64,000 nt of DNA, taken from Bdellovibrionota bacterium (GTDB lineage: Bacteria > Bdellovibrionota > UBA2428). The notes under the pieces were generated by a model. The model had not been told where the DNA came from and did no database searches. It worked only from the letters and a program-made list of their open reading frames with translations. The stretch lies in assembly GCA_044347615.1 (NCBI GenBank), contig JBIKUK010000003.1:209151-273150 (forward strand). Direction: 5' to 3'. Below, one piece after another: positions 30,825-39,976 of the stretch. The translations under genes and the position numbers were made by a program. The number at the start of each line of letters is the position of its first letter. Position 1 is the first letter of the stretch.

Positions 30825-31397
30825 TCACGATTGCGAACTGTTCTTTTTAGGTGTGTCCATAAGAGCTCCACAACTTAAGATCACCTTAAAAGCTTCTTCA
30901 ACACTCATATTCACTTCTTGAATATGCTCGTGAGGAACGTCGAGAATAAATCCGCTTGTTGGATTAGGTGCCGTGGGAATAAAAACAATCGCATGACCAT
31001 TACTTGATTCTCTCACCCAAAAACCAAGCCCTTTAGTGAGGGTAGATCCAAAGGGAACTTTTACAACTTTTTTAAAAGAAGACTTTGTATCCTTAGAAAA
31101 AAAAGCGTCCCCGATTTGAGTAAAAAGCTTGTAAACGTTACGAACGAAGGGAACATGTTCAAGCGCTGAATCGAAATAATTTTTTAAAATTTTTCCTAAA
31201 AAAGTAGACCCAACTAGCCCCACTATAAAAACTGATAAAAAAGCAAAGATTAGCCCCATTCCGGGAAAGTTGAAGGGAACCATGGGAGCAAATGTTTGAT
31301 CAAAAAAATTAATGACCCCTTTAATGATTAGAAAAGTCATGCCCGCAGGAGCAGCCAGAAACAAACCAAAGATGAGGGTATTTTTAATGAATCTCAT
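30825..31397 (-). CDS. DUF502 family membrane protein
   Basis: 190 aa, two N-terminal TM helices plus the PFVRNVY..K block and a C-terminal soluble domain typical of DUF502. Confidence 0.78.
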   Translation of the reverse strand: MRFIKNTLIFGLFLAAPAGMTFLIIKGVINFFDQTFAPMVPFNFPGMGLIFAFLSVFIVGLVGSTFLGKILKNYFDSALEHVPFVRNVYKLFTQIGDAFFSKDTKSSFKKVVKVPFGSTLTKGLGFWVRESSNGHAIVFIPTAPNPTSGFILDVPHEHIQEVNMSVEEAFKVILSCGALMDTPKKNSSQS

Positions 31398-31408
31398 TGA
31401 AATCTAGA

Positions 31409-32737
31409 TTAGCTCTTTTTTACGCTTTGGTTAACCCTCTGCCAATAGTCTCGAAGATCAACTTTAAGTCCAAGATCCTTTAAAAGACCAAAAATGCCCA
31501 CAAGTTTGCGATGCAGAAAGATCAATTTTGAAGGAGGAGGGGTAAATTCGCTCAAACGACTAAAATCCTGAGATACATTTTGGCTATGTTTAAAATACTC
31601 ACGGTCATTAAAATCAAAGGGTTGCCTATCTTCATCGAAAGCACACAGGCTCGAGCGAAGCATTTCATAGAAAAGATTCTTGGTTTCTTGTTTTTCACGA
31701 GGATCTAAAAATCCCATTTTTTCTGATTGGAACGTAGAGGCAGGCCTATCCAACGAATGGACACAATTCATAAGCTCGACATAATCCGTTACAAATGATC
31801 GCTCAAAACTTCTCACAGCCCCCAAATCCAACAGTACAAGTTGATTCTTTGAGTTCACCAGGAAGTTTGCGGGATTTGGATCACTTTGAACAAAAGCATT
31901 TTGAAAATACTCGATCAGATATAGATCAAGAATTTTTGAACCCATCGATTCTCTTTCTTTAAGGTCACTTGTTTTTTGAATCCACTCACGAAGAGTGACA
32001 CCCTCTTCAAAGTGCATCGCAACGACTCTCTCGGTACAAAGCTCGTCGATAGCCTGAGGAACAACGTAATCAGAGTGAGGCGAAAAAATGTCTTGGTAGC
32101 GTTTTAAATTTTCAAGCTCTAACAAATAATTTGTTTCTCGAGAAAAAACTATTTTCATCTCATCAAAAATAGAAGTGAGATCCATTTTTTTACGAGCCAC
32201 ACTCAAAAGAGCCTGCACAACTCCTTGCAAAATCGTCAAATCAGAATCAATACTTTTTTCGATGTTGGGGTACTGGATTTTGAGAACAATCTTTCGACCC
32301 TTATAAAGAGCCGTATGAACTTGCCCAATACTTGCAGCTGCAATGGGCCTTTCACTGAGGTTAGTCAAAAGCTCAAATTTTGAATTCAATTCTTTTTGAA
32401 GAATTTTTGTAATTTCCTCGGCCCCTAAAAAATGTGGCGATTGATTCTGAAGTTGCTCTAAAATAGCTCGAACCTCTGGAGGAAAAAGATCCCCAAAATC
32501 CATACTCACAAGCTGACCAATCTTCATGGCGGCCCCCTTAAGGCGCCCCAAAGAATCGACCATCACTTTGACTTGTTCAATTTGTTTTGAAAGTTGAGAA
32601 GGAGAATTTTCTTGAACTTTTTCACTTACCTGCTGAAAGCGATGCTTGATTTCCTTACCCCCTACTTTTGCAGCAAGTTTAAGAAGCTCCGCAGATCTGG
32701 CCAAAGTGCTTTTAGGAATAGATTTTGATTTAGCCAC
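31409..32737 (-). CDS. ABC1/UbiB-family atypical protein kinase
   Basis: 442 aa; KIGQLVS, PIAAASIGQVH, lysine block VLKIQYPNI, and DPNPANFLV catalytic-loop equivalent. Confidence 0.85.
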   Translation of the reverse strand: MAKSKSIPKSTLARSAELLKLAAKVGGKEIKHRFQQVSEKVQENSPSQLSKQIEQVKVMVDSLGRLKGAAMKIGQLVSMDFGDLFPPEVRAILEQLQNQSPHFLGAEEITKILQKELNSKFELLTNLSERPIAAASIGQVHTALYKGRKIVLKIQYPNIEKSIDSDLTILQGVVQALLSVARKKMDLTSIFDEMKIVFSRETNYLLELENLKRYQDIFSPHSDYVVPQAIDELCTERVVAMHFEEGVTLREWIQKTSDLKERESMGSKILDLYLIEYFQNAFVQSDPNPANFLVNSKNQLVLLDLGAVRSFERSFVTDYVELMNCVHSLDRPASTFQSEKMGFLDPREKQETKNLFYEMLRSSLCAFDEDRQPFDFNDREYFKHSQNVSQDFSRLSEFTPPPSKLIFLHRKLVGIFGLLKDLGLKVDLRDYWQRVNQSVKKS

Positions 32738-32780
32738 AAAAATACCATAGCAGACTCCCAGACTTTTCTTCTTGTTTCTT

Positions 32781-33608
32781 TTACAAAAGCCTAAAGGCTT
32801 TCCAAAGAGCCAGAAACTCTTCTGGGCTTAACTCTTCCGCTCTTTTATCCGCATAAGACTCAAAAGCTTGGGGAAACTGGGCCTTTTTACAAAGATTATT
32901 GCTCAGTTTTTTGCGACGTTGAGCAAAGGCTTTTCTTAGAAAATCTGAAAAACTCTCATAACCTTGGCGAGCTTCAAAGGGATTGATACCCTCGTAACTT
33001 CTACGAACAAAAGACAAAACAGAACTTTCCACTTTAGGGGGAGGTTGAAAACTTCCAGGACTTACCGGAAAGCTCTCCGTATTTGAAGTTAAGAAATGAA
33101 ACTTAATAGACTGAGGCCCATAAGTGCGCCTTTCACTTTTGGGAAGAAACTTATCGGATACCTCTTTTTGAAGCATCACCACAAACGCTTGTACAAAAGC
33201 AGCCTCTTCAAAGTAACGCATCACAATTTCTTGCCCACGATTGTAGGGCAAATTTCCACATAAAAGAGTTTCTTTATTTTTAAGTTGTGAGCGCAACTTT
33301 TCTAAATCAATTAACGTCGCATCTTCGTGAAGAATAACAAGCTGGCCGCTTTCTTTTTCTTGAGAATACTTCTCAGTCAAAAACTTTACCCATCGCTCGT
33401 CAAACTCAACGGCCACAACTCTCAAACCCGCTTTTAACAAAGCAGAAGTTAAAGCGCCGCCACCGGGACCAATTTCAATCACTTCTTTAATTTTTAATTG
33501 AGCATTAAAAAACTGAATCTTGGAGATTATTTTATCAATAATTCCTTGGTTAACTAAAAAGTGCTGTCCAAGTTCTTTATCATGAGCAAGCGAATTATTT
33601 TTTTTCAT
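32781..33608 (-). CDS. rsmA: 16S rRNA (adenine1518/1519-N6)-dimethyltransferase
   Basis: Start taken at MKKNNSLAHDKELGQHFL (ATGA overlap with the tsaD stop). SAM motif EIGPGGGALT and NLPYN. Confidence 0.9.
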   Translation of the reverse strand: MKKNNSLAHDKELGQHFLVNQGIIDKIISKIQFFNAQLKIKEVIEIGPGGGALTSALLKAGLRVVAVEFDERWVKFLTEKYSQEKESGQLVILHEDATLIDLEKLRSQLKNKETLLCGNLPYNRGQEIVMRYFEEAAFVQAFVVMLQKEVSDKFLPKSERRTYGPQSIKFHFLTSNTESFPVSPGSFQPPPKVESSVLSFVRRSYEGINPFEARQGYESFSDFLRKAFAQRRKKLSNNLCKKAQFPQAFESYADKRAEELSPEEFLALWKAFRLL

Positions 33609-34660
33609 TCCAAATGCCCACGCGTAAACACTTGCTTCTCGTTTAATTTTGAAGCCTGAACCCAAGCCGCCGCCGCAATCATAGCCGCATTATCCGTCGC
33701 ATAAGCAAAAGGGACCGTATAAAAATTTAATGATTTTTTCTCAGCCCAATCTTTTAATTTTTCTCGAAGATACACATTTGCAGCGACTCCCCCACAGCAG
33801 ATAAAATGATTAACTCCCTCAAAAAAATCATCTGTATTTTTGACAACTCTCAACAAAGAATCCGCAATTGTTTCTTCAAGTGCTTTACAGAGAGCAGGTC
33901 TGTTTGATTTTGCTCGTGAATCTTTTTCCAAAAGCAAACGAAACGCTGTTTTCAATCCCGCAAAAGAAAACCCTTCTTCGGATTTAGGTCGAGGTAATTT
34001 AGCGGCCCACTCACGAGACAATGCTTTTTCATTTTCACTCGTACAAAGCAACGCTTCTTTTTGAATTGATGGTCCCCCAGGATAGGGCAATCCCATCAAT
34101 TTTGCACATTTATCAAAACATTCTCCAGCCGCATCATCCGAAGTTGTCTTAAGAATTCGGGCCTCAAGCTGCGGAGACACCAACATCAATAAGCAATGCC
34201 CACCTGAGACAAGCAAAACCAAAGCAGGAAAAATCTTTTGAGCCTTTTCAACAAGAGTCAGGCCCGGATACTTTTCATCAAGTTGAGAATCCAAAAGCAC
34301 CGAAGCTAAATGACCTCTCAAATGATGCACGCCTCGAAAATCCTTCGACCAAGCTGAGGCAATTCCTCGAGCAAAATTGGACCCCACTAGCAGTGGTCCG
34401 ATCAAACCAGGCCCCATAGTACAAGCCACAGATTGAACCTGAGAACGATCAAAAGTTTTATCTTTTTCTGCTTTTTGAAGTTGTAGCGAGAGCTCTTCAA
34501 GAATATCAAAATGCGAACGACTTGCTAACTCAGGAACAACTCCTCCATAGCGGTTATGGAGTTCTATTTGGCTTAAACAACAATTGAGCACGACTTTACC
34601 GTAAGCATCAACAAGCGCCATCGCTGTCTCATCGCATGACGATTCAAAAGCCAAAATCAT
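33605..34660 (-). CDS. tsaD: tRNA N6-adenosine threonylcarbamoyltransferase TsaD
   Basis: MILAFESSCDETAMALVD, GVHHLRGH metal site, SGGH, and the C-terminal ATDNAAMIA block. The ATG at 34660 is preferred over the TTG at 34669. Confidence 0.92.
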   Translation of the reverse strand: MILAFESSCDETAMALVDAYGKVVLNCCLSQIELHNRYGGVVPELASRSHFDILEELSLQLQKAEKDKTFDRSQVQSVACTMGPGLIGPLLVGSNFARGIASAWSKDFRGVHHLRGHLASVLLDSQLDEKYPGLTLVEKAQKIFPALVLLVSGGHCLLMLVSPQLEARILKTTSDDAAGECFDKCAKLMGLPYPGGPSIQKEALLCTSENEKALSREWAAKLPRPKSEEGFSFAGLKTAFRLLLEKDSRAKSNRPALCKALEETIADSLLRVVKNTDDFFEGVNHFICCGGVAANVYLREKLKDWAEKKSLNFYTVPFAYATDNAAMIAAAAWVQASKLNEKQVFTRGHLE

Positions 34661-34676
34661 TGGAGGCAAATATAGC

Positions 34677-35417
34677 TTAAACTTTGAAGAGTGTCGCAGG
34701 AACTAATCGAGGATCCTTGAGGAGTTTTTTTGCAATACGAGCCTCGCGACTCTTTGGATAAAGACTCACACATTGCTCAAGAAAAAGCTTTGCATCTTTT
34801 TTTTGCTTCATACGAATTAGCGCAGCTCCTTGCCCCAGCCATGCCATAGATCCTTGTTTACCTTGGGGGTATTTATCCAAATAAAGTCCAAAACTTACAA
34901 GAGCTTCCTTAAAAAGTTCTGATGAATATTCGGCCTGAGCTTTCAAAATAAGGGCCTCTTCTGCTCGACGGTCTTTAGGAAAATTTTCAATAAAGTCTTT
35001 TAGAGCTGAAACGGCTTTTAGGTAATTTTTCTCAACCAAATCTTTTTGAGCTGTCTCCCAAAGCAAGTCTCCTCCTTTGGTAGCCTCCTCAGAGCCCCCA
35101 CCCTTGAGTACCGCAACTTCCTCTTGAAGAGCTTTTTTTTCAATTTCTAATTGTGCAATTCTTGCTTCAAACTGCGTTTTTTCATTTTGATGGAGATACT
35201 CCACCTCTTGAAGCTTCCCTTTCAGGACTTCCAACTCACGAGCCGTATCTTCATTAGTCACGACGGGGGCCACTTCAACTCCCGAAATAGGCGCGGGAAG
35301 AGTTCGAATATTGCCAGGGTCTTGACTTTCTCTTTCTGCAGCCAAATCTCCCGAAGTCTTACAAGAGACAAAAAAACAAAAAAGAAAAAAAAGAAACTTA
35401 TTATTTTTATTCATCAT
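34677..35417 (-). CDS. Tol-Pal system protein YbgF/CpoB-like lipoprotein (coiled coil + TPR)
   Basis: Lipobox FFVSC, trimeric-type coiled coil (ELEVLKGKLQEVEYL...IAQLEIEKKALQEEVAVLK), and C-terminal TPR-like repeats. Positioned downstream of pal. Confidence 0.7.
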   Translation of the reverse strand: MMNKNNKFLFFLFCFFVSCKTSGDLAAERESQDPGNIRTLPAPISGVEVAPVVTNEDTARELEVLKGKLQEVEYLHQNEKTQFEARIAQLEIEKKALQEEVAVLKGGGSEEATKGGDLLWETAQKDLVEKNYLKAVSALKDFIENFPKDRRAEEALILKAQAEYSSELFKEALVSFGLYLDKYPQGKQGSMAWLGQGAALIRMKQKKDAKLFLEQCVSLYPKSREARIAKKLLKDPRLVPATLFKV

Positions 35418-35715
35418 CAGATTCCTCGGCAGCCTTTAAGGAGGCTTTAATTTCAGCTTTTTCAAAAAGTACTTTTGCTAATTTTGCATTTTTTTCTGCA
35501 AGATCAAAGTTTTTCTGCATATAATTTTTTTTTGCAGACCAAAACTTTACCTCCCCATTTCGATAAAGATCAGGAGCGAGGCGTTCAGCTCGTGCACGAT
35601 CTGCACCCTTCATCGCAGCACTTGCAAAAATCATCGGTTTTATAGGCTTAGAAGATGAAACACATGAAAAGAAAAGAGGTAAAAAGACAAAGAGCCAAGC
35701 ACTTCTTAAACTCAT
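35407..35715 (-). CDS. small hypothetical lipoprotein (102 aa)
   Basis: The ATG at 35715 gives MSLRSAWLFVFLPLFFSC (lipobox). The longer ORF to 35757 would run into the pal terminator. Helical Ala/Lys-rich body. Overlaps the ybgF-like start by 11 nt. Confidence 0.5.
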   Translation of the reverse strand: MSLRSAWLFVFLPLFFSCVSSSKPIKPMIFASAAMKGADRARAERLAPDLYRNGEVKFWSAKKNYMQKNFDLAEKNAKLAKVLFEKAEIKASLKAAEESDDE

Positions 35716-35731
35716 ATTCTCATCATAACTT

Positions 35732-35788
35732 AAAAAAAAAATACGGCCAGCTCTCAAGACGTTCTTAAAACGCAGAGAAGCTGGCCGT
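35732..35788 (-). terminator. rho-independent terminator downstream of pal
   Basis: On the minus strand, a perfect 10-bp GC-rich stem ACGGCCAGCT/AGCTGGCCGT (35743-35752 pairs with 35779-35788), extendable by 3 bp. It is followed by A then T10 (35732-35741). Confidence 0.85.
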
Positions 35789-35812
35789 CAAAGTCACAAG
35801 ATATGACTTAAA

Positions 35813-36322
35813 TTACATTCCAGAAACAAAATCGTCGCGACGGTTTTTCGCCCAAGCCGCTTCATCATGACCGCCGTCAACAGGTCTTTCTTCACCGTAA
35901 CTAATTGTTGAAAGCTGAGAAGCACTCACACCTTTAGAGATGAGAAAGTTTTTAACTGCAGAGGCACGACGCTCACCAAGAGCAAGGTTGTATTCAGTTG
36001 TACCGCGCTCATCACAGTGTCCTTCAACCTGAACCTTTTGATCTTTATTTGTCTTTAACCATTTAGCTGCAAGAACAAGCGATTCTTTAGCTGTTGAACT
36101 TAAAGAAAAAGAATTGAAGTCAAAATAAATTGTAGGAAGGCCCGCAATCTTTTTGCTGTTACCTGATCCTGTATCAATAGATGTGATTTCAGATCCATCA
36201 CCGTCCTCAAGAGTTTTCTTCTTCGAGCAAGAAATAGTCATCATCGCGCTCAAGCTAAGTGACAATGTCAAAAGACCCCAGTTTTTATTCATCTTCATGT
36301 GTATTCTCCTTTTTGAGTTCAT
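35813..36322 (-). CDS. pal: peptidoglycan-associated lipoprotein Pal (OmpA-family)
   Basis: Lipobox MMTISC. OmpA-like domain IYFDFNS..., VEGHCDERGTTEYNLALGERRA, NRRDDF. Alternative ATG starts at 36298/36292. Confidence 0.88.
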   Translation of the reverse strand: MNSKRRIHMKMNKNWGLLTLSLSLSAMMTISCSKKKTLEDGDGSEITSIDTGSGNSKKIAGLPTIYFDFNSFSLSSTAKESLVLAAKWLKTNKDQKVQVEGHCDERGTTEYNLALGERRASAVKNFLISKGVSASQLSTISYGEERPVDGGHDEAAWAKNRRDDFVSGM

Positions 36323-36411
36323 AAATTTGTATTTAAAAAAACCAAATTTATTTTCTTTTATTTTCTGGGTCTACTCTATGATAGCCCTACATCTGGTAAA
36401 TTATTTCCAAA

Positions 36412-39261
36412 ATGAACAAATTGAAACTCTTATTCGCAAAAAGCATATTTGTTTTGTCTATCTTCGTGATTCAGCGCGCAACAGCCCGCGGCCTACTTGA
36501 AAGCCAAATGAGACTTTCCTACCCAAGTGAGAACCCTCGCGTTCGAATCACTATTATTGTGGGAATTGGACAAGAAAAATATCTCCCCTATTTTTCAGAT
36601 CTCGCCTTACAAGCTACAAAAAAGGTTGAATCCCTTTTTCAAGGTCAATTTATAGATAATTTTTCTATCGTTTTTGATAATCGCCAAGACTTTCATAACG
36701 GTCTTGCAAGCGTTTTACCTAACAACAGAATTTATGTTCACACAGAAACACCCGACCTTCAGGGAACAATTGGATTAGAAGACAATGGATTGCTTGACAC
36801 AACCGTTCATGAACTAGCTCACATGATTGTGCTTCAACAGAGGAAAGGTATTTTTACTTTATTTCATTACGCTTTTGGAAATCTACTAAACCCCAATATT
36901 TTTCTTCCCCGATGGATTCACGAAGGCTTTGCTGTTTGGGCAGAATCACAAGGGAACAATAAAGGAAGAGGAAATAACGGAATTATTCACGCTGATCTTC
37001 GAAAGTTAAGCGAATATAAAAAAAGAACCAACAAAGATCCTCTCACAAGTGACCTTATGGATGGATCTATGGAAGGAATTAGATACGTTCATGCAGGCAA
37101 CTATCCCTACCACTTGGGATATTTACTGGTTGATGATTTACTCAAAGAAAAAACATCTAAAACTCCTCAAAACCTTTTCAACAATGCGTCTTCAAACATT
37201 GGATTCTTTTTTCACAATATCTATCGAGACAACGGAAAGATCTTGACGGATCGTTTTGAAGTTTTAAAAAAGCAATGGATAGCAACTCCGCTTGAAACAG
37301 ACGTCTCTTCAAAAATTGTCTCTTCAAAACAAATAAAAGGCCCCTTTGTTTCAAAAGATGGAATTTCATGGATTCAAACTGAAAGTATTGGCCCCGATAA
37401 TGTCGAAAAATTTTCTTTTCACTATTCAAATGACGGTAAAAATATCCAAACAACAAAAATTGAAAATGCGGGAATCTATGGCTCTCAAGTCTTTTGGAGC
37501 CACTCTTTAAATAAATGGGTTTTTCTTGGAACAGCTTTAGACTTTAATACGAATCAAAATCTAACAAAAAGCATTTTTCTTATAGACCTTAATGGAAAAA
37601 TCAAATGCGAGATAAAAGAGATTTCTCGAATTCGCGAATTATCTGTGAACGACACGCAAGTAGCTTGGATTCGATCATCTCTTGATGGTTTTTTATTTTT
37701 TGAAAAAGCCGACCTCAATGAACGCTGTCAACTTTCGACGATGGAACTTGTTTACAAAACTGAAAATCCCTTTGAGCGAATTTCTCATCCATGGATACAA
37801 GAAGATGATTGGCTCATATCTAGAAGCTTGGGAACAAAACTTTCCCAAGATTACATTATTGGAAAGAATGGATTCGAACTCCACCTAAAAGAAGGGGCCA
37901 TAGGCTATCCCCAAAGAATCAATCTACCTGACTGTAAAGACTGTATTTTGTCTACACTTTACAGCAAGGACTACAGAGGACCCTTCATCTATAACCCTCA
38001 AAATAAAGACCTCAAGCGTTTTTCGCAACTTACTGAGGCACCCGTTAGCTATGCCCTTGAAGAAAAGATATTTTCTAATCAAAAACTTTGGGACGAAGAT
38101 CGTCTTGTTGCCCATGAGCCAAAACAAGCTATTTCCTTAAATGCTCAAATTGAAAAAATAACCTTAGAAGAAACCAATCACATCAAAGAAGAGACTCTTT
38201 CTTCGAAAAAATATTCAGCTTGGCCAAGTATTATTCCCCAAAATCGTTTTTTTTCTTATGTCAGTGAAAAAGGTGGAACGACTTTCTCTGGACAAACAAG
38301 CTTCTCCGACCTTTCTAACAACTGGCAAGGTTCCCTAAACTTGGGATATGCCTCTTATAACAATCGTTTATTTAATGAATTCTCTCTCTCACGAAACTCT
38401 CTTGCTTGGGGACCCTTCGATCAATGGCAAATTCAGCAAGCTAAAAATTTTCAATACTCTCAAAAAGAACTTCAAGACCGAATAACCGTTCTCACTCAAT
38501 TCAGAGCTCTCAAGCACTTAAACACATCATTTTATGCAGCTGTTTATCCGGGTCTTGAATATAGAAAAGGAAGCAGTGCTGGAATTTTTAAATCTTTTTC
38601 AAGTGTCATACCTTCTCTAGGTATTAGATTTGCCAGCCCCGCAGCCATTGATCCATTTCTTCAAAAATATCAGATTACAAACTTCAGAAACGCTCTCAAC
38701 CTCTCTGCAAAGCTTCGTTTTTTACCAGAAACCTCCATCGAAGCTAAGGGCAATTTTCAGGGAAAAGTTTCACGAATGGGTTATCTTCTAGGGATAGAAT
38801 ATGCAAAAACTTCGCCGAAATCTTTTCCAAAATCTTATTATGAATGGGGCGGACGAAATCAGCTAACCACTTTAGACAGTGGTTTTCTTACCAGAGGCTT
38901 TCCCGTAGGCATTGGCCCCTCATTACAAATTCTTCGCGCCAATGCAGAAATTGGCTTCCGATTAATGAGAGTAAACAGAGGTCTCCCATGGAACCGCTTT
39001 CACATTGGAGATATTGAATTTAGGCCATTATACGAAGTCCTAACCACTGATCTTTACCAAATTGATGAACAAATTCCCTTTAAGACAAAAGTTCGTATGG
39101 GCAAAGAATACTTTCAAACTCTTGGCGCCGAAATCGACTTTTTCTGCCAAGCCCTTCACTATTTTGACTTTAAAACGAGCTTTGGTGTTTATAGAGGCCT
39201 TGGTCGACTTGGCTCCACCCAATACGGTGTCAGACTCGTATCGCTTTTAGATTTTTTATAG
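36412..39261 (+). CDS. secreted 949-aa protein with N-terminal gluzincin (Peptidase_MA-like) domain
   Basis: Signal peptide MNKLKLLFAKSIFVLSIFVIQRATA. HELAH followed 33 residues later by HEGFAVWAE. The middle has repeat-like DG/W segments (possible beta-propeller) and the C-terminal third is aromatic/alternating (possible barrel). Confidence 0.65.
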   Translation: MNKLKLLFAKSIFVLSIFVIQRATARGLLESQMRLSYPSENPRVRITIIVGIGQEKYLPYFSDLALQATKKVESLFQGQFIDNFSIVFDNRQDFHNGLASVLPNNRIYVHTETPDLQGTIGLEDNGLLDTTVHELAHMIVLQQRKGIFTLFHYAFGNLLNPNIFLPRWIHEGFAVWAESQGNNKGRGNNGIIHADLRKLSEYKKRTNKDPLTSDLMDGSMEGIRYVHAGNYPYHLGYLLVDDLLKEKTSKTPQNLFNNASSNIGFFFHNIYRDNGKILTDRFEVLKKQWIATPLETDVSSKIVSSKQIKGPFVSKDGISWIQTESIGPDNVEKFSFHYSNDGKNIQTTKIENAGIYGSQVFWSHSLNKWVFLGTALDFNTNQNLTKSIFLIDLNGKIKCEIKEISRIRELSVNDTQVAWIRSSLDGFLFFEKADLNERCQLSTMELVYKTENPFERISHPWIQEDDWLISRSLGTKLSQDYIIGKNGFELHLKEGAIGYPQRINLPDCKDCILSTLYSKDYRGPFIYNPQNKDLKRFSQLTEAPVSYALEEKIFSNQKLWDEDRLVAHEPKQAISLNAQIEKITLEETNHIKEETLSSKKYSAWPSIIPQNRFFSYVSEKGGTTFSGQTSFSDLSNNWQGSLNLGYASYNNRLFNEFSLSRNSLAWGPFDQWQIQQAKNFQYSQKELQDRITVLTQFRALKHLNTSFYAAVYPGLEYRKGSSAGIFKSFSSVIPSLGIRFASPAAIDPFLQKYQITNFRNALNLSAKLRFLPETSIEAKGNFQGKVSRMGYLLGIEYAKTSPKSFPKSYYEWGGRNQLTTLDSGFLTRGFPVGIGPSLQILRANAEIGFRLMRVNRGLPWNRFHIGDIEFRPLYEVLTTDLYQIDEQIPFKTKVRMGKEYFQTLGAEIDFFCQALHYFDFKTSFGVYRGLGRLGSTQYGVRLVSLLDFL

Positions 39262-39279
39262 GCACGTTAACATAAAAAG

Positions 39280-39966
39280 ATGGAAGTAAGGTGCCCCTCT
39301 TGTAGCGCTCAACACAGAAGTGAAGACTATCCTGGAGCCTTTGATATTCTTTGCGGATGTGGATATTTAATTCTCAACCCCGAACTCTCTTCAGATTCAG
39401 GTAGCTATAATCAAGTAAACTTTGAAGGAGCACCAGCAACTTCTGAAGACTCAAAAGTTCTTATTCAAGTTCAAACAGCCCAAACAGAAGAAGCCATTCC
39501 ATCTCTTGACTTAACGGATGAAAACTTAGGCTTCACTACCGACCAACTCACCCCACCTGAAGAACTTCCTTCGGGCATGCTTTACGATCCGTCTGAAGTT
39601 CCTCAAACAACCCCAGAAGAAGAAAAGATCGAAAAGGCACCCGCGAAAAGTCAGGCCTTCGTTGAGCGAGTTCAAAGTGCATCTATTGGACAAATTCTAG
39701 GTCCTGATTACGACTTAGAATTTAACGAGCTTGAGCATGACGGACGCTTAAAAGCTCGAGAAAGAATTCAAAAATTTCTTCAAGATCACAAGTGGCTTTT
39801 AGAAATCATGGAAAGAAGAAGTTTTGTCAGTGAAAATATTTTTCAAGACGAAAAAATTGAAAAAGTTCCAGAAGCTCTTGCAGTTGAAATCTACATTGCC
39901 TGCCTTGAAAACGGAGGAACCTGTAAATTTAAAAGGCACGACGAAACACTGAACAGCTCACTTTAG
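39280..39966 (+). CDS. zinc-ribbon (MJ0042-type) protein, function unknown
   Basis: N-terminal CPSC...x17...CGCG four-Cys ribbon, an acidic/Pro-rich linker, and a C-terminal ~100-aa helical domain. Starts 18 nt after the preceding gene. Confidence 0.6.
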   Translation: MEVRCPSCSAQHRSEDYPGAFDILCGCGYLILNPELSSDSGSYNQVNFEGAPATSEDSKVLIQVQTAQTEEAIPSLDLTDENLGFTTDQLTPPEELPSGMLYDPSEVPQTTPEEEKIEKAPAKSQAFVERVQSASIGQILGPDYDLEFNELEHDGRLKARERIQKFLQDHKWLLEIMERRSFVSENIFQDEKIEKVPEALAVEIYIACLENGGTCKFKRHDETLNSSL

Positions 39967-39976
39967 GTTATTTAAA

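Noticed and set aside
29705-31408. I looked for a tmRNA (ssrA) gene next to smpB.
   Set aside because: The flanking intergenic gaps are only 9 and 67 nt, too small for a ~350-nt tmRNA, and no tRNA-Ala-like acceptor/T-arm was seen.
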